A stretch of DNA of 64,000 bases from Rhodothermales bacterium (lineage in GTDB: Bacteria > Bacteroidota > Rhodothermia > Rhodothermales > VXPQ01): positions 2,542,965-2,606,964 of the forward strand of contig OX638295.1 in the NCBI GenBank assembly GCA_951812345.1, given 5' to 3'. Below, piece after piece: positions 1 through 8,774 of this stretch. Within the stretch, counting starts at the first letter, position 1. Each line of letters opens with the position of its first letter. The notes below the pieces were generated by a model, which did no database searches, was not told the DNA's origin, and was given only the letters and a program-made list of their open reading frames with translations. Made by a program: the position numbers and the translations under genes.

Positions 1-2
1 AC

Positions 3-689
3 CTGCATAGCCGCCTGCTGGAGCGGGCCGCCAAGATCAACGAAACGAAGGCGGTTGCGGTGCTGATGAACGATGTGCCCGAATCGCTGCAAGGAAAGGT
101 GAAAGGAGGCGGCTCTCTGACTGCCCTGCCTGTCATCGAGACGCAGGCCGGGGACGTTTCCGCCTATATTCCGACGAACGTGATTTCCATCACGGACGGC
201 CAGATCTATCTGGAGACGAACCTCTTCAATGCGGGGGTGCGCCCGGCTATCGACGTCGGGATTTCCGTATCCCGCGTAGGCGGCAACGCACAAATCAAGG
301 CGATGAAAAAGGTCGCGGGGACGCTGCGCATCGACCTTGCGCAGTACCGCGAATTGCAGGCCTTCTCCAAATTCGGGTCCGACCTGGATCCGGCCACCCA
401 GCGCCAGTTGCTTCGCGGGGAGCGCCTCGTAGAGATTCTGAAGCAGGGTCAGTACGCCCCTGTTCCGGTGGAAGAGCAGGTGGCGGTGGTGTTCGTGGCG
501 ACGCAGGGACTGCTGGACGCGGTGCCGGTGAACCGCCTGCGCGAACTGGAAACCGAATTCATCGGCAAGCTGCAGATACAGCACAAGGATCTGCTCGACG
601 CCATTCGCGAAACGGGCGTGCTTTCGGACGAACACCGGGAAGTGCTCTCCAGTGTCGCGCGCGATATGGCGGACCTTTTCCGGGCGTAG
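3..689 (+). CDS. atpA: F1 ATP synthase alpha subunit, C-terminal ~229 codons (5' end lies upstream of the window)
   Basis: The frame is open from nt 3 ([14 protein letters not shown]...). It carries conserved F1-alpha sequence [32 protein letters not shown]...[15 protein letters not shown]. atpG starts 15 nt downstream. Confidence 0.95.
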   Translation: MHSRLLERAAKINETKAVAVLMNDVPESLQGKVKGGGSLTALPVIETQAGDVSAYIPTNVISITDGQIYLETNLFNAGVRPAIDVGISVSRVGGNAQIKAMKKVAGTLRIDLAQYRELQAFSKFGSDLDPATQRQLLRGERLVEILKQGQYAPVPVEEQVAVVFVATQGLLDAVPVNRLRELETEFIGKLQIQHKDLLDAIRETGVLSDEHREVLSSVARDMADLFRA

Positions 690-704
690 CGCGCGAGCTG
701 ATTC

Positions 705-1634
705 ATGGCCAATCTTCGGGACATACGGAACAGGATCGACTCGATCCGCAATACGCAGCAGGTGACGCGCGCCATGAAGATGGTGGCTGCCGCCAAACTA
801 CGGCGCGCGCAGGAACGCATATTCAGCACGCGGCCGTATGCATACCGGCTGGGGGCGGTCATCAGCCGGCTCAAGGAACAACTCGACGCCACGGAGCACC
901 CGTTACTGCAGAAGCGTGAACAGGACAAGAGTATCCTGTTTATCGTCGTGACGGCCGATCGCGGTCTGGCGGGGGCCTTCAACGCCAATATTATCAAGAA
1001 AGCGGAACAGGCGATGGCGGCATACGAAGCGGTCCGCAAGGCCGGCAACCTGCATGTGCTTGCCGCGGGCCGGAAAGGGCATGACCATTTCGCCCGCAGG
1101 GGATACCGGATGGTCGGCGATTTTCGCGGCGTCTTCGACCGGATCGAAGTGGAAACGGCCCGGAAGATCGTCGATCAGGCCGTAGACGGGTATCTGAACG
1201 GTACCTGGGACGAAGTAAAGATCGTCTACAACGAATTCCGGAACACCATCGCCCAGAACCGGATCGTCGAACCGTTTCTGCCGATCCCGAAGAAGCAGTT
1301 CCTGACGCCGATCATGGAGACGCTAGGCGAAGGAGATGCTCAGGCGGACAGCAGCGGCAGCCAGGCAGCCGCCGATTCCATTTTCGAGCCGGAAGCGGAA
1401 TCCGTCCTGCACGAGTTATTGCCGAGGTATCTGCACTACCAGGTATGGCGCGTGCTGCTCGAATCGAATGCGGCGGAACAGGGTGCGCGCATGGTGGCCA
1501 TGGACAATGCGACCTCCAATGCGGAAGACTTCCTGCGCAACCTGAAACTGAAGTACAACCGGGCGCGGCAATCCGCGATCACCACGGAGATCATCGAGAT
1601 CGTTTCGGGGGCCAACGCACTGGAAACCGGATAA
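705..1634 (+). CDS. atpG: F1 ATP synthase gamma subunit
   Basis: 309 aa. The N-terminal MANLRDIRNRIDSIRNTQQVTRAMKMVAAAKLRRAQ and C-terminal NRARQSAITTEIIEIVSGANALE are the typical gamma-subunit terminal helices. Confidence 0.95.
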   Translation: MANLRDIRNRIDSIRNTQQVTRAMKMVAAAKLRRAQERIFSTRPYAYRLGAVISRLKEQLDATEHPLLQKREQDKSILFIVVTADRGLAGAFNANIIKKAEQAMAAYEAVRKAGNLHVLAAGRKGHDHFARRGYRMVGDFRGVFDRIEVETARKIVDQAVDGYLNGTWDEVKIVYNEFRNTIAQNRIVEPFLPIPKKQFLTPIMETLGEGDAQADSSGSQAAADSIFEPEAESVLHELLPRYLHYQVWRVLLESNAAEQGARMVAMDNATSNAEDFLRNLKLKYNRARQSAITTEIIEIVSGANALETG

Positions 1635-1749
1635 AATCCGCATCGCGGGGCATCGAACCTCGCAATCCTTCCGGCGTTAGCAGGGGTCGTGAAATGCAAA
1701 CACGATCCAAACACGAAATGCGCGCCGGGATGCGTCCCGCAAGCGCAAC

Positions 1750-1840
1750 GGAGAGGTGGCCGAGCGGCTGAAGGCGCTCCCCTGCTAAGGGAGTATACGG
1801 CGATCCCGTATCGTGGGTTCGAATCCCACCCTCTCCGCCA
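1750..1840 (+). tRNA. tRNA-Ser (anticodon GCT)
   Basis: The cloverleaf is readable by eye: acceptor GGAGAGG/CCTCTCC, anticodon loop CT-GCT-AA, long class II variable arm, T-loop GGTTCGAATCC, discriminator G and an encoded CCA. Confidence 0.9.
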
Positions 1841-1986
1841 TTGGGGGTTTGAAATTATAACCATTCGATCCTAAGATACTTTTTTTGATATCGAATCAGG
1901 CATGTCTGTCAGCATCAAATGACATTGAATGAGCATATCTTACCTTACAATAGACCTCGCACGACGAAAATATAGAAGATTCGGCC

Positions 1987-2940
1987 ATGGGACTTGCAGA
2001 CTTGGTACAATGTGTTGAATTGCTGAAGGAACGCATTCAGTCGCATGGCGCCGCGTTGCGGGAAAACGAAACGCGCACGCGCATGGCGCTGATTGATCCG
2101 CTGCTGCATGCGCTCGGCTGGAACGTATCCGATCCCGGGGTTATTACGCCCGAGTACAGAGTGGCGGAAGGTTGGGCCGACTACGCATTGCTGCGACCCG
2201 ACGGAAGACCGGCTGCCACCGTAGAAGCCAAGAAACTTGGTGCGGGGCTGACCTCTCACCGGATGCAGATGCTCAATTATGCGAATGCGGCTGGCATTAC
2301 ATACGCCGGACTGACCGACGGAAACCATTGGGAGTTATACGATGTCTTCCGGCAGGCAGCGTTGGAGGAAAGGCGGATATTGGAAGTTTCCATCGCCGAT
2401 GCCCCGGCACACGAAAGCGCCCTGAAACTGCTGCTACTCTGGCGACCCAACCTTGCGTCCGGCCAGCCTGTACCAGCCGGCACACCGATTGTTGGCGAAA
2501 CTCCACGACCGACGCCAACGCCTGACGATGTTGAACTGCCGCCCATGCCACGGCCTGTATCCGCGGATTGGGTAGAATTATCCGAATACCATCCGCCAGG
2601 GGGTACCTCGTGCCCAACTGCCATCCGATTCTGGGACGGCAGCGAACGGCCCCTGAAGAATTGGAACGAAATACTTACCGATGTTGTGAGGAAACTCTAT
2701 GCGGAGCAATGGCTCACCCTCGAAGATGTCCCGATAGGATGGAGCAAGAAGGTATACAGCGTGAATACCAAGCCAGTTCACCCAACCGGCAAGCCATTCA
2801 TAAACTACAGAAACATAGAAGGAACGCCGCTGATCGTGAATGTGAACTTGAACGCGGGACAAGTCAGAAAAAACACCAAGAAACTGTTGGATCGCTTCGG
2901 CCAAAAATCCGCCAAGGTATATTTGCGGATAGCGAAATAA
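1987..2940 (+). CDS. HsdR_N-like (PD-(D/E)xK fold) domain protein with Pro-rich linker and unrecognised C-terminal domain
   Basis: The N-terminal ~150 aa (NETRTRMALIDPLLHALGW...ADYALL...ATVEAKKLG...) match my memory of the type I restriction enzyme R N-terminal domain pattern (D...E-x-K). The linker is PRPTPTPDDVELPPMPRP. The last 16 codons and the stop lie inside a repeat also present at 12312. Confidence 0.6.
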   Translation: MGLADLVQCVELLKERIQSHGAALRENETRTRMALIDPLLHALGWNVSDPGVITPEYRVAEGWADYALLRPDGRPAATVEAKKLGAGLTSHRMQMLNYANAAGITYAGLTDGNHWELYDVFRQAALEERRILEVSIADAPAHESALKLLLLWRPNLASGQPVPAGTPIVGETPRPTPTPDDVELPPMPRPVSADWVELSEYHPPGGTSCPTAIRFWDGSERPLKNWNEILTDVVRKLYAEQWLTLEDVPIGWSKKVYSVNTKPVHPTGKPFINYRNIEGTPLIVNVNLNAGQVRKNTKKLLDRFGQKSAKVYLRIAK

Positions 2941-3066
2941 GGCAATTCGGTCTGATTGAACAGATTCCGGCGGGAATTAAGGCGTACCGTTGCAACCTTG
3001 TTCCGACCCAATCAATCCGACGAAACCCATATCAAGACGCATGCGCAGAACCCACAGTCCTTCGTC
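2891..3066 (+). repeat. R-family mosaic repeat, copy a
   Basis: Aligns by eye with 12312-12487 (ATCGCTTCGGCCAAAAATCCGCCAAGGTATATTTGCGGATAGCG...ACCCACAGTCCTTCGTC). Its 3' two-thirds also align with 6453-6575, 7301-7407 and 7408-7490. Confidence 0.7.
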
Positions 3067-3208
3067 AGTCAGATCGAAGAACTGATTTTGAGGCCACTGC
3101 CGATCTGAAGATTCAGCACTGGCCTTAAGAAGATTGGAACAACTAGCCCGAGGGGGTTAAGCCGCTTTTGGGAACGGCCCTCTAGTCGCGACCCATAATA
3201 TTAAGATA

Positions 3209-4445
3209 GGGAATTACCGGTTTAACTTGACATTTTCAATGTAAGTTCTTATATTTACAGATAGTTAGAACGAATATAGAGAGGTCAAAAACATGGCTCA
3301 CAGAACACATCGAAACGGCATATCCGTAATGCAGTTGGCCGAGATGTTTCCCGACGAGGAAGCGGCCCGACGGTGGTTCGAATCCCGCATCTGGCCCGAC
3401 GGGCGCCATTGCCCGCGCTGCAAGAGCACCCGCACCCGCGAGGTGAAGGCTGCAAAGCCTATGCCCTACTGGTGCACCGATTGCCGGAAGTATTTCAGCG
3501 TCAGGGTTGGCACGGTCATGGAAGCCTCCCGGCTTCCGCTGCGCAAGTGGGTATACGCCATCTACCTGCACATGACGAGCCTTAAAGGCGTATCGAGCAC
3601 GAAGATTGCACGGGACATAGATATTCACCAGAGCAGCGCGTGGCATCTGCTCTAACGGATTCGCAAGGCATTCGACGCCGGAGAAGACAATCTCTTCGGC
3701 GGCCCGGTAGAGGTGGACGAGACGTTCGTCGGCGGCAAAGAAGCGAACAAGCACGAGTCGAAGAAGCTGCACGCAGGCAGGGGCGTCGTAGGCAAGACGG
3801 CAGTCGTTGGCGCAAAAGATCGGGCGACCGGCAAGATCAAGGCCGAGGTCGTCGAAGATACGACCGCCGCGACGCTGCATGATTTCGTGCTGGATCATAT
3901 CCTGTTCGGCACCCCCCTGTACACCGACGACAACCGGGCGTATACCGGCCTGCGGTACATCTACGACCTCGACACCGTGAAGCACTCCGTGGGCGAATAC
4001 GTGCGGGGCATGGTGCACACGAACGGGATCGAATCGTTCTGGGCCACGCTGAAGCGGGCGCACAAAGGCGTATATCACAAGTTCAGCAAAAAGCACCTGC
4101 ATCGCTACGTGCAGGACTTCGTTGGTCGCCACGACCTGCGCGATTACGACACGCTGGAGCAAATGGCCGAAGTTGCCCGGAGCATGACCGGCAAACGGCT
4201 CCGGTACGCGGACCTGATCGCATAAAACCTCATTGCCGGGCCATCGAGCCGTCCGGTGCGGCGTGAACATCCCGTCCCTTATTGAACGGGGGATCGGTAG
4301 CGATGAGGTCTACCTGTTCGGAGTTCATTGCTCGCATGAATGCGAGGTTTTCGCCTTGGAACAGCGTATGATTTGTTCAGGCAGATTCCATAGGCGGAAC
4401 ATACGGGCTGGATCAAGGACCCGTCAAGTTAACCCGGTAATTCCC
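3209..4445 (+). mobile_element. IS1595-family insertion sequence, copy 1 (transposase inactivated)
   Basis: IRL is GGGAATTACCGGTTTAACTTGAC (3209-3231). IRR is GTCAAGTTAACCCGGTAATTCCC (4423-4445). It is near-identical to copy 3. Confidence 0.85.
3293..4225 (+). pseudogene. IS1595 (ISXO2-like) transposase with premature stop
   Basis: Colinear with the intact 310-aa copy at 7622-8554, but codon 121 is TAA (3653-3655) where copy 3 has CAA (7982-7984). The ORF track splits it into 3293-3655 and 3713-4225. Confidence 0.85.
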
Positions 4446-4482
4446 TTAAAAAGGGCGTGTCCGCTAAACTGTGTAAGCGGGA

Positions 4483-4863
4483 TTATTGTTCGATGGGGAC
4501 TCTGTCCCCGTAGAGTATGACGAACTGGTTGAGGGCGGCCTTCCAGTCCCGGATCGGCCGCTTCCACTTCTTCGAGGCTTCGCGCAGGCCCAGGTAGAGC
4601 AGTTTGCGCACGGCGTCGTCGTTGGGGAAAGCGCCCCGTCCCTTGACGATTTTGCGCAGGCTGTAGTTCAGCGATTCGATCGCATTGGTGGTGTAGACCA
4701 CCTTGCGGATCGCAGGCGCATAGTCGAAGAAAGGCGCCAGACGCTCCCAGTCCTTCCTCCAGAGCGGAGCGATAGCCGGGTACTTCTCGCTCCATTGTCT
4801 CTCGAAAGCCTCGAGCGCCGCGAGAGCAGCCTCTTCGCTCGGCGCTGCGTAGACCGCGCGCAA
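4483..4863 (-). pseudogene. IS256/Mutator-family transposase, C-terminal 126-codon fragment
   Basis: ...AIRKVVYTTNAIESLNYSLRKIVKGRGAFPNDDAVRKLLYLGL...W is the characteristic IS256-family C-terminus. The N-terminal ~270 codons are absent. Confidence 0.85.
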
Positions 4864-4865
4864 AG

Positions 4866-5446
4866 ACGACGCCCCTGCCTGCGTGCAGCTTCTTCGACTC
4901 GTGCTTGTTCGCTTCTTTGCCGCCGACGAACGTCTCGTCCACCTCTACCGGGCCGCCGAAGAGATTGTCTTCTCCGGCGTCGAACGCCTTGCGAATCCGT
5001 TGGAGCAGGTGCCACGCGCTGCTCTGGTGAATATCTATGTCCCGTGCAATCTTCGTGCTCGATACGCCTTTCAGGCTCGTCATGTGCAGGTAGATGGCGT
5101 ATACCCACTTGCGCAGGGGAAGCCGGGAGGCTTCCATGACCGTGCCAACCCTGACGCTGAAATACTTCCGGCAATCGGTGCACCAGTAGGGCATAGGCTT
5201 TGCAGCCTTCACCTCGCGGGTGCAGGTGCTCTTGCAGCGCGGGCAATGGCGCCCGTCGGGCCAGATGCGGGATTCGAACCATCGTCGGGCCGCTTCCTCG
5301 TCGGGAAACATCTCGGCCAACTGCATTACGGATATGCCGTTTCGATGTGTTCTGTGAGCCATGTTTTTGACCTCTCGATGTTCGTTTTAACTATCTGTAA
5401 ATATAGGAACTTACATCGAAAATGTCAGGTTAACCCGGTAATTCCC
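4866..5446 (-). mobile_element. IS1595-family copy 2, 3'-truncated, inverted orientation
   Basis: The IRL complement is at 5424-5446. The transposase N-terminal ~165 codons (5362 down to ~4866) are near-identical to copy 3 (one C-for-R substitution, CKSTCTREV vs CKSTRTREV) up to ...KKLHAGRGVV. Homology then stops at the junction with the IS256 fragment. Confidence 0.85.
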
Positions 5447-5478
5447 TTTTGTTTCAATGTATATGTATGTTGAACATA

Positions 5479-5507
5479 TTGACAATATGCCGTAGCATAT
5501 TTTAAGT
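5479..5507 (+). promoter_or_regulatory. Candidate sigma70-type promoter for the cargo genes
   Basis: TTGACA (5479-5484), a 17-nt spacer containing the palindrome ATATGC-CGTA-GCATAT, then TTAAGT/TAAGTT. It sits in a ~32% GC stretch 85 nt upstream of the 5593 start. Motif reading only. Confidence 0.3.
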
Positions 5508-5592
5508 TATCGACAGCCTACTGTGATTCCCATACCTTAATCCCTCTAAGCTGTTCATTACGGAAGTAAATTAACAAAAAGAGGTGGAACTC

Positions 5593-5976
5593 ATGCGTAT
5601 TTACGAGACGAGAATAGTGGTGGTCGCTCTTGTGGCCTCCCTCTTTCTCATTTTGTCTGCACAGCATCCTCCAAAGGACGCTTCTGCACAGGTGGCAAAG
5701 GTAATGCTTGATTGTACCCCAAATATAGAAGGCGAATTGCCTCCTGGCTGTGGTGGTGGTGGTGTTGACGGAGGCGGAGGCGGATCAACAGGAACAACAC
5801 CTCCGCCAAGCGCCGGATCGTGCTGCGGCAATAACAAGGTGTGGATGGGGTCTTTTGGATGTATGTCGTGCTGGTCAATAGCCTTTACAGCCGGAATATC
5901 CGCAGGCTCTGTAAATGCTATTCTTGGAGTGGGTGTTGGAATAGGTACTTACATATGGTGCAGAGCTGCTTGTTAA
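5593..5976 (+). CDS. Small Cys-rich, Gly-rich membrane/secreted protein with C-terminal glycine-zipper-like segment (family not recognised)
   Basis: ATG at 5593 is preceded by AGAGGTGG. It has an N-terminal hydrophobic segment IVVVALVASLFLILSA, then GCGGGGVDGGGGGSTGTTPPP, 8 Cys, and a C-terminal AGISAGSVNAILGVGVGIGTYIW. The ORF track starts it at GTG 5584. Confidence 0.5.
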   Translation: MRIYETRIVVVALVASLFLILSAQHPPKDASAQVAKVMLDCTPNIEGELPPGCGGGGVDGGGGGSTGTTPPPSAGSCCGNNKVWMGSFGCMSCWSIAFTAGISAGSVNAILGVGVGIGTYIWCRAAC

Positions 5977-6005
5977 TCACAGAACAACCAGACCAAGGAG
6001 AAACG

Positions 6006-6368
6006 ATGAAACACGCGATCTTGGGCCTTTTGACAGTCCTTGTCATGGCGACGCCCTCTTGGGCTGACGACGAAAAAAATGCCAAAATCGGCCTTGTTGA
6101 AGTTCTTTCCGTTGAGATGCTCCCGTTTATTCGACCTTCGATTGTTCTTCAAGATACCGCTTTAGCCGCTGTGTTCTACGAAGAGCCTGCAGGATGTTGG
6201 ATGGAGCGCCAAGACCAAAGGCTGCACCTTGCCACTTACGTCCACCTTGTGGGAATAGGCATGGAGCTTCCTTACGACTGGACACTTGTTACCCTCGGTT
6301 CGGTTCTTGCCACAGACTATGCCATGTGCAAGATCAAACAGCGCAGACAAAGAAAGCGTGGCAAATAG
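6006..6368 (+). CDS. Small secreted protein with basic C-terminal tail (family not recognised)
   Basis: AAGGAG lies 5 nt upstream of ATG 6006. The signal peptide is MKHAILGLLTVLVMATPSWA and the tail is KIKQRRQRKRGK. It is in frame within track ORF 5841-6368. Confidence 0.5.
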   Translation: MKHAILGLLTVLVMATPSWADDEKNAKIGLVEVLSVEMLPFIRPSIVLQDTALAAVFYEEPAGCWMERQDQRLHLATYVHLVGIGMELPYDWTLVTLGSVLATDYAMCKIKQRRQRKRGK

Positions 6369-6404
6369 CACGTCACGCATTTTCGGAAAACAACGTTAAA
6401 GAAG

Positions 6405-6433
6405 GAGGGGGTTATCATGCCCCCTCTTTTTTT
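6405..6433 (+). terminator. Intrinsic terminator
   Basis: Stem GAGGGGG (6405-6411)/CCCCCTC (6420-6426), an 8-nt loop, then TTTTTTT (6427-6433). It lies 37 nt after the 6368 stop. Confidence 0.65.
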
Positions 6434-6452
6434 CAAGCATTCTTAGAGGTGA

Positions 6453-6637
6453 GAGGTGGTTCGGTTTGATTGGACAGATTTCGGCGGAATTTAAGGTGTA
6501 CTATTGCGACCTTATTCCGACGCAATCAACCAGAAGAGACCCATGTCAAGACACCCACGCAGAACCCATAGTCCTTCGTCCAAGGCGAAGGTAGAAATGG
6601 TCCGAAAAAACTGGACAGTTTCTCCGGACCATTTCTC
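6453..6637 (+). repeat. R-family mosaic repeat, copy b, ending in a 12-bp-stem hairpin
   Basis: GAGGTGGTTCGGTTTGATTGGACAGATTTCGGCGGAATTTAAGGTGTA...GTCCTTCGTCC aligns with copies a, c, d and e. The hairpin is AGAAATGGTCCG (6593-6604)/CGGACCATTTCT (6625-6636). Confidence 0.65.
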
Positions 6638-6711
6638 TTGATACAACGGCCTTCCATACTCCGGGCCATGACCGAAGATATGGCAACTTTCGTATATAAA
6701 TCCCTTCACCT

Positions 6712-7290
6712 ATGAAACGCCTTATACTTCTCTCGCTTTTTCTTTGCATCGCAGCTTCCGTTCATGCTCAATCGGCCTCGTCATGGACCGTAGGAGTGGG
6801 ATACACCGGCATGAAGTTTGTTAATGAAGTGTTCCCTTCGGGGATTTATCTCCAGTCGACAAGGAGAATAAACGGCCATATGGCTGCCGTTGTATCGGTG
6901 ACTAGGTATAGCAAGAACGAGATGGAAGAGGAAGAAGGATTATCCGCCGATGTAACCACTTCTTTTCTTGGCGCGCTCGGTGGAATCATGGTTGTGGCGC
7001 CCCTTACGCCGTCTCCGCTTAATTCGGGGGACTCATTTTTATATGGCACGGCGAAAATAGGTATGGAACGGTTGGAGGCAAAAGTAGAGATCAATATACC
7101 ATCTCTTGGCAACTCCAATATTGACAATTCAGAGAACGGTTTTGCCTTTGAACTTGGGGCCGGACTGCAAGCACGTATACGTCGGTATATAGCCTTGGAC
7201 ATGTCGGTAGCTTACCGCCGTAAGAATTATGAAGAGGATGTTTCGTTTAACAACTTTGTATGGTATGGAGGGCTGATATTCAGGCTATAG
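6712..7290 (+). CDS. Outer-membrane beta-barrel protein (OmpA-like/porin-type small barrel)
   Basis: The signal peptide is MKRLILLSLFLCIAASVHAQ. It shows an alternating hydrophobic beta-strand pattern and a C-terminal ...VWYGGLIFRL with terminal aromatic/hydrophobic residues. Confidence 0.65.
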   Translation: MKRLILLSLFLCIAASVHAQSASSWTVGVGYTGMKFVNEVFPSGIYLQSTRRINGHMAAVVSVTRYSKNEMEEEEGLSADVTTSFLGALGGIMVVAPLTPSPLNSGDSFLYGTAKIGMERLEAKVEINIPSLGNSNIDNSENGFAFELGAGLQARIRRYIALDMSVAYRRKNYEEDVSFNNFVWYGGLIFRL

Positions 7291-7300
7291 CAGGGCGGTA

Positions 7301-7537
7301 GAGGTGGTTCGGTTTGATTGGACAGATTTCGGCGGAATTTAAGGTGTAATGTTGCGACCTTGTTCCGACCCAATTAACCAGAAGAGACCCATGTCAAGAC
7401 GCACAAAGGTGGTTCGGTTTGATTGGACAGATTTCGGCGGAGTTTAAGGTGTAATGTTGCGACCTTGTTCCGAACCAATCAACCATTAGGAGAGAAATGG
7501 TCCGAAAAGACTGGACAGTTTTTCCAGCGTTTTTAAA
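7301..7537 (+). repeat. R-family repeat, copies c and d in tandem (d cut by IS1595 copy 3)
   Basis: 7301-7407 and 7408-7537 both begin (GA)GGTGGTTCGGTTTGATTGGACAGATTTCGGCGGA. Copy d runs into ...GAAATGGTCCGAAAAGACTGGACAGTTTTTCC and ends at the IS IRL. Confidence 0.65.
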
Positions 7538-8774
7538 GGGAATTACCGGTTTAACTTGACATTTTCGATGTAAGTTCCTATATTTACAGGTAGTTAGAAC
7601 GAATATAGAGAGGTCAAAAACATGGCTCACAGAACACATCGAAACGGCATATCCGTAATGCAGTTGGCCGAGATGTTTCCCGACGAGGAAGCGGCCCGGC
7701 GGTGGTTCGAATCCCGCATCTGGCCCGACGGGCGCCATTGCCCGCGCTGCAAGAGCACCCGCACCCGCGAGGTGAAGGCTGCAAAGCCTATGCCCTACTG
7801 GTGCACCGATTGCCGGAAGTATTTCAGCGTCAGGGTTGGCACGGTCATGGAAGCCTCCCGGCTTCCGCTGCGCAAGTGGGTATACGCCATCTACCTGCAT
7901 ATGACGAGCCTTAAAGGCGTATCGAGCACGAAGATTGCACGGGACATAGATATTCACCAGAGCAGCGCGTGGCATCTGCTCCAACGGATTCGCAAGGCGT
8001 TCGACGCCGGAGAAGACAATCTCTTCGGCGGCCCGGTAGAGGTGGACGAGACGTTCGTCGGCGGCAAAGAAGCGAACAAGCACGAGTCGAAGAAGCTGCA
8101 CGCAGGCAGGGGCGTCGTAGGCAAGACGGCGGTCGTTGGCGCAAAAGATCGGGCGACCGGCAAGATCAAGGCCGAGGTCGTCGAAGATACGACCGCCGCG
8201 ACGCTGCATGATTTCGTGCTGGATCATGTCCTGTTCGGCACCCCCCTGTACACCGACGACAACCGGGCGTATACCGGCCTGCGCTACATCTACGACCTCG
8301 ACACCGTGAAGCACTCCGTGGGCGAATACGTGCGGGGCATGGTGCACACGAACGGGATCGAATCGTTCTGGGCCACGCTGAAGCGGGCGCATAAAGGCGT
8401 ATATCACAAGTTCAGCAAAAAGCACCTGCATCGCTACGTGCAGGACTTCGTTGGTCGCCACGACCTGCGCGATTACGACACGCTGGAGCAAATGGCCGAA
8501 GTTGCCCGGAGCATGACCGGCAAACGGCTCCGGTACGCGGACCTGATCGCATAAAACCTCATTGCCGGGCCATCGAGCCGTCCGGTGCGGCGTGAACATC
8601 CCGTCCCTTATTGAATGGGGGATCGGTAGCGATGAGGTCTACCTGTTCGGAGTTCATTGCTCGCATGAATGCGAGGTTGTCGCCTTGGAACAGCGTATGA
8701 TTTGTTCAGGCAGATTCCATAGGCGGAACATACGGGCTGGATCAAGGACCCGTCAAGTTAACCCGGTAATTCCC
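7538..8774 (+). mobile_element. IS1595-family insertion sequence, copy 3 (intact)
   Basis: IRL is at 7538-7560 and IRR at 8752-8774, both the same sequences as in copy 1. It carries a single uninterrupted 310-aa transposase ORF. Confidence 0.9.
7622..8554 (+). CDS. IS1595-family (ISXO2-like DDE) transposase with N-terminal zinc ribbon
   Basis: CPRCKS...CTDCRKYFSVRVGT is the zinc ribbon. It is followed by an ISXO2-like core (VEVDETFVGGK...YTDDNRAYTGL...HTNGIESFWATLKR). Confidence 0.9.
   Translation: MAHRTHRNGISVMQLAEMFPDEEAARRWFESRIWPDGRHCPRCKSTRTREVKAAKPMPYWCTDCRKYFSVRVGTVMEASRLPLRKWVYAIYLHMTSLKGVSSTKIARDIDIHQSSAWHLLQRIRKAFDAGEDNLFGGPVEVDETFVGGKEANKHESKKLHAGRGVVGKTAVVGAKDRATGKIKAEVVEDTTAATLHDFVLDHVLFGTPLYTDDNRAYTGLRYIYDLDTVKHSVGEYVRGMVHTNGIESFWATLKRAHKGVYHKFSKKHLHRYVQDFVGRHDLRDYDTLEQMAEVARSMTGKRLRYADLIA

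Larger units (their letters stand above)
3209..8774 (+). mobile_element. Composite transposon / translocatable unit bounded by two direct IS1595-family copies
   Basis: The outer 8-bp flanks are identical (TTAAGATA at 3201-3208 and 8775-8782). The inner flanks differ. Both IS copies are 1237 bp with 23-bp TIRs. Confidence 0.65.

Noticed and set aside
1841-1986. Search for a direct repeat of the tRNA-Ser 3' end (GGTTCGAATCCCACCCTCTCC) marking an att site at the far island border
   Set aside because: No copy of this sequence was found near 15433-15584 or elsewhere in the island.
3236-4270. A 344-aa minus-strand ORF, and its twin 7394-8599 (401 aa), spanning the IS1595 copies
   Set aside because: These are antisense shadows of the recognisable transposase frame. 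Their composition is R/A/P/G-rich with no motif. Long open antisense frames are expected in high-GC coding DNA.
4424-5362. A 312-aa 'transposase' ORF that looks full-length
   Set aside because: It is a chimera. Its first ~165 aa are IS1595 transposase, and the remainder is an out-of-frame read-through of the IS256 fragment. It is reported instead as a truncated IS plus a pseudogene.
5745-5790. GGTGGTGGTGGTG...GGAGGCGGAGGCGGA periodicity, considered as a tandem DNA repeat
   Set aside because: It is explained by the glycine run (GGGGVDGGGGG) of the 5593-5976 ORF.
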